From NCBI RefSeq assembly GCF_009914755.1, contig NC_060938.1: a stretch of 64,000 bases of DNA; one strand, 5' to 3'. Under the pieces are notes generated by a model. That model had not been told where the DNA came from, did no database searches, and saw nothing but the letters and a program-made list of their open reading frames with translations. Source of the DNA: the human T2T-CHM13v2.0 reference genome, Homo sapiens. The translations under genes were made by a program, and so were the position numbers. Below are positions 59,249 through 64,000 of the stretch, piece by piece (position 1 is the first letter of the stretch; each line of letters begins with the position of its first letter).

Positions 59249-59926
59249 TCACCAAAAATAAGTACCTTTGATCAGATAAAGCATTTCAAACTACCATGTG
59301 AGTTAACATAATGTTTCCATGGCTGGCTCATTCTTTTCACTCAGGTCTGAGCTTAAAATTTATCTCCCCAGAGATGCCTTTCCTGACCATCCCACCAAAA
59401 GTAGCCACCTGACATTCCCATTATTTCATCACTTCATTTTAATTCTCAGCATAAACTTATCATCATCTGGTGTTCTCTTTATTTCCCTCTTTATGGCATG
59501 TAAGCTAATGAAAGTGCAAATCTTATCTTACTCATCTATTTCCCCAGTGCTGATAACTGTGCTGTTACATAGTAAGCATTCACTGAACACCTGATAAATG
59601 AAATAAATGAAAACTACTATTTAACACACATTATCAGATTTTAAGTAATACTGATTGCATTAAGCTCCTCTGTAATTTTTTCAAAAAGAGAAACAATGTA
59701 ATACAAATCCCCATTTTAAAATGTTTAAACATGACGGTTATCATGTAAATATGTAGGAATATATTCTTGTACTTAGAAAATATACACTGAACAACTGAGA
59801 CATAATGGAAAATCATATCTGCATATTATTCCCAAATGGTTCAGAAAGGCCAATAATTGGGGAATCTGGGTGAAGGATATAAGGAGCTCTGTGTACTATT
59901 TCTGCTTTTATGTAAATCTGAAATTA

Positions 59927-60160
59927 CAGGTCAAGCATCCTAAATCCGAGAATCAGAAATCCAAATGCTCCAAAATCAGAAACTTTTTGAGCACCAACAT
60001 GATACTCAAAAGAGGTGCTCAGTGGAACACTTCAGATTTGAAATTTTGGATTTGGAATGCTTAACTGGTAAGTATAGTGCAAATATTCACAAATCCTAAA
60101 AAACCCCAAATCTAAAACACTTCCAGTCTTAAGCATTTTGGATAAGGGATACTCAATCTA
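59927..60160 (+). mobile_element. Tigger4a-type MITE
   Basis: ta|caggtcaagcatccta ... taagggatactcaatcta|ta. Same internal motif (aaatgctccaaaatc) as the other Tigger4 copies. Confidence 0.78.
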
Positions 60161-60267
60161 TATTTCATATATGTAAATACAAACACAGAAAACCAAAAAC
60201 CAAAACTTACAAACAGCTGACAATCTCAGTGAGAAGCTATAGGTTAAAAAAAAAAAAAAAAAAAAAG

Positions 60268-60301
60268 ATTGCTTCTCGGTCTTTTGGCTAAGATCAAGTG
60301 T
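60268..60301 (+). pseudogene. 3'-truncated (tailless) U2 snRNA retrocopy, nt 1-34
   Basis: ATTGCTTCTCGGTCTTTTGGCTAAGATCAAGTGT versus U2 ATCGCTTCTCGGCCTTTTGGCTAAGATCAAGTGT (32/34). Flanked by the direct repeat tt(A)n g at 60244-60267 and 60302-60314. Confidence 0.88.
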
Positions 60302-61091
60302 TTAAAAAAAAAAGGTATATAAGAATTTGAAAAGGAACAAGGATTTTTAAATTACCAGCAACAATTATTAATAGAATGGCACATTTTTTATAGAGTTCCT
60401 CTCAATTTTGTGTTTTAAAACTGTGAACAATAAAGAAAGTTCAACTAATGAGAACTGCAATTTCTCCCTGTTGGTCTCTGAGCCAGAATACTGACCTGTG
60501 TGTAGGTGTAAGACCTTAGTGTGCATGGCTAATGATGCACGTAAGGGCAGTATCCTCCCATTAGCAAATCCTGATGCTGCAACATAGCACAAGAGGGACG
60601 GACTGAGTTATGGAGAATTCCTGGCACATCTGCTATCACTCCATGCCCTCTGCCCCTCCACTCAAGAAGGTATGTGAGAATGCAAGGGAGTGACAGGTGA
60701 GATAGCAATTTTAGAGGAATAGCCTTTATTCTACTTTTAGTTTATGAAAAATGAGAAGTAAATCAATTGTCCACCTTGAAACAATGTAGACACCTTCCAG
60801 CTGTGAAGACACTGAGGTGGAACATGTTCAAGTGGTACTCAGCATCCACTCCCACTGTGCCATCAATATTATAGAGGTTACAAAGCTAAAAGCTACATGT
60901 CTTAGATTATTTTACAAGTAGGATTCTGGTTACAAATTAAGTGCTCACATGAGCTTTAAAAAGCAGAAACGGGTCAGGCACAGTGGCTTGCGCCTGTAAT
61001 CCCAGCACTTTGGGAGGCCAAGGCAGGCGGATCACCTGAGGTGAGGAGTTCAAGACCAGCCTGGCCAACATGGCAAAACTGTCTCTACTAA

Positions 61092-61427
<336 letters not shown>

Positions 61428-61768
61428 CTACACACCTGTAGTCCCAGCTACTCAGGAGGCTGAAGCAGAAGAATTGCTTGAAACTGGGAGGCAGAGGTTG
61501 CAATGCGCCAAGATTGCACCACTGCACTCCAGTCTGGGCAACAGAGTGAGACTCCACCTCAAAAAAAAAAAAAAAAAAAAAAGGGAGAAATGGGCCAGGC
61601 ATGGTGGCTCATACCTGTAATCACAACACTTTGGGAGGCTGAGGCGGGCAGATCACCTGAGGTCAGGAGTTCAAGACCAGCCTGGCCAACGTGGCAAAAC
61701 CCCACCTCTACTAAAAATAAGAAAATTGGCTGGGCACAGTGGCGGGTGCCTGTAATCCCAGCTACTCA

Positions 61769-61984
<216 letters not shown>

Positions 61985-62762
61985 TCACTGCTGTTGCAAT
62001 GGGGGCCAGACTTCATGTTCCCATCTCTAGGCAATTGTGGTGGCAGCTTTCTATGCCAAGGATCATTGCTATAGCAGTATGTTCTTAAATTTAATATCCT
62101 CATTACCCATTGTCCCAACTGGGGCAGTGGTTACAGCTCTTCCTGCAAGTTGGTTTGTGGTACTGTGGAGGCCTGGCTAAGAGCTGCACCTTCATCCTTT
62201 CTTAAGATTATGTAAACCCCTAATTTCTATATTAAGTACTTTCCTCTTTAAAACATCCCCAGTAGTTTCTGTTTCTCAACACTGTTTGATAAATTATACC
62301 ATATCACTGAAGTGGTGGCTCAAGTATTAGGCAATCAAACACTCATAGCAATCCATGTCCATGAAGATATTTGTGTCTCTCCTTGTTATAGAACATTTGC
62401 AACTTATGTTTTTTGTAACAGAAAGCATCTGCATCCATTTCAAAGCCACACCTAGAGAAGACATTAATAACTGCCAACATGTATGTATGGAATACTTTAC
62501 AGTTTATAAAATAGTTTCACACACATTGCTTAATTTCATGCTTCTGTGAGTTAAGGCAGGTTTTACAGTGACACAGCTGATGTAGTAGAGTTTTGCTTGG
62601 GGTTTTATGATGGTAAAACAGATTTAGAGACTACTGCTGGAAAAAATGTCATGGCTTGAAAATATTATTTAATGACTCATAAATTATGAATCTGTAATAG
62701 GGAGTTTTTTTTTTTTTTTTTTTTTTTGAGATGGAGTCTTGCTCTTGTCGCCTAGGCTGTAG

Positions 62763-62891
<129 letters not shown>

Positions 62892-63678
62892 TAGTAGAGA
62901 AGAGGTTTCGCCATGTTGGCCAGGCTAGTCTCGAACTCCTGACCTCAGATGATTCGCCTGCCTTGGCCTCCGAAAGTGCTGGGATTACAAGCGTGAGCCA
63001 TAGCGCCCAGCCAAAACTAGTTTTTTTAATGCATGAAAACTATGATTACTTTATGCATTTATGCAATTACTTTATGATTTTCTTTATGCATGAATACTAT
63101 GATTACTATATTCAGTATGAAGCTTCAAATACTCAAAAAGGGAAAAGAAAAACTAGAAAATCGTATGAATAACAAATCAGCACCAGGGTCAATTTGGGAA
63201 GGGTGAGAGGGAAGAAAGAATTAGCTTGATAACCTTAGACCCAAGCTCCCAAAGACAGAACCTAGAGAGACAACGAACTACCTAGGCTAAGTAATCAGGA
63301 ATTTTAGTGAAAGGCAAATATTAGCTTCTTAGCTCCTACTAATGAGATCTACAAGGTTTTGAATGCAAGCCATTGTTAAAAATGAACATCAAGAAGTTAG
63401 TTCTTAACTCTTCTCAGCAACATGTGACTATGTAAGATATTCTCAAGCTCTTTCCAAATTCTCACCAGTATTTGCAAAGTCAAGCCAAGAGGCTGAAGCT
63501 GGTAACCATCACTGCACACTTTCCTCCTCAATCAATCCTCCACCAATTAGGAAGGAGGTATATCGATATTCGAACATTTTTAAATGGGTACAAGGTTGCC
63601 TGACCCTGTTTACTAAAAAGCACTAGTTATTGCTGACATTGTACTTGTTATAACTTACTTAGTCATTATTGGACATTA

Positions 63679-63999
<321 letters not shown>

Positions 64000-64000
64000 A

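Noticed and set aside
63466-63612. Possible cryptic ATXN3 exon (ttttag or aacag acceptor, CTG|gtgaga donor)
   Set aside because: Weak polypyrimidine tract and no recognisable coding similarity; it cannot be supported without junction data.

Overview
Human genomic DNA that I recognise as the 14q32.12 TRIP11-ATXN3 locus; it is rich in Alu elements and contains a human-specific AluYa5. Both genes lie on the minus strand. Bases 1-27.5 kb hold the CpG-island promoter and coding exons 1-7 of TRIP11 (GMAP-210); their GT-AG junctions join into one open frame of 1186 nt. TRIP11 intron 2 carries an antisense processed prothymosin-alpha pseudogene, and intron 1 a sense-oriented ERV1 solo LTR. Bases 29.2-37.3 kb are a decayed, near full-length HERV-H provirus (gag-pro-pol-env) with an intact 3' LTR, a 5' LTR reduced to 76 bp and a tRNA-Phe-like primer-binding site. 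Bases 46-64 kb are the 3' end of ATXN3: exon 10 with a normal-range 28-unit CAG tract, the intron-10 read-through (3a) terminus, exon 11 and a ~5.8 kb Alu-containing 3' UTR. The rest is Alu, MER41A, Tigger4, MER30, MER5, MIR, L2, L1 and MaLR debris, plus a 34-nt tailless U2 snRNA retrocopy. Most ORFs in the supplied track are Alu artefacts. I found no convincing wholly new biological system. The best leads are the truncated HERV-H/F whose 3' LTR points at the TRIP11 promoter, the PTMA retrocopy that keeps thymosin-alpha1 and a miR-1244-like hairpin, and ATG-initiated antisense poly-Cys/poly-Ala frames across the ATXN3 repeat. Repeat family names and comparisons to reference sequences are from memory and were not searched.
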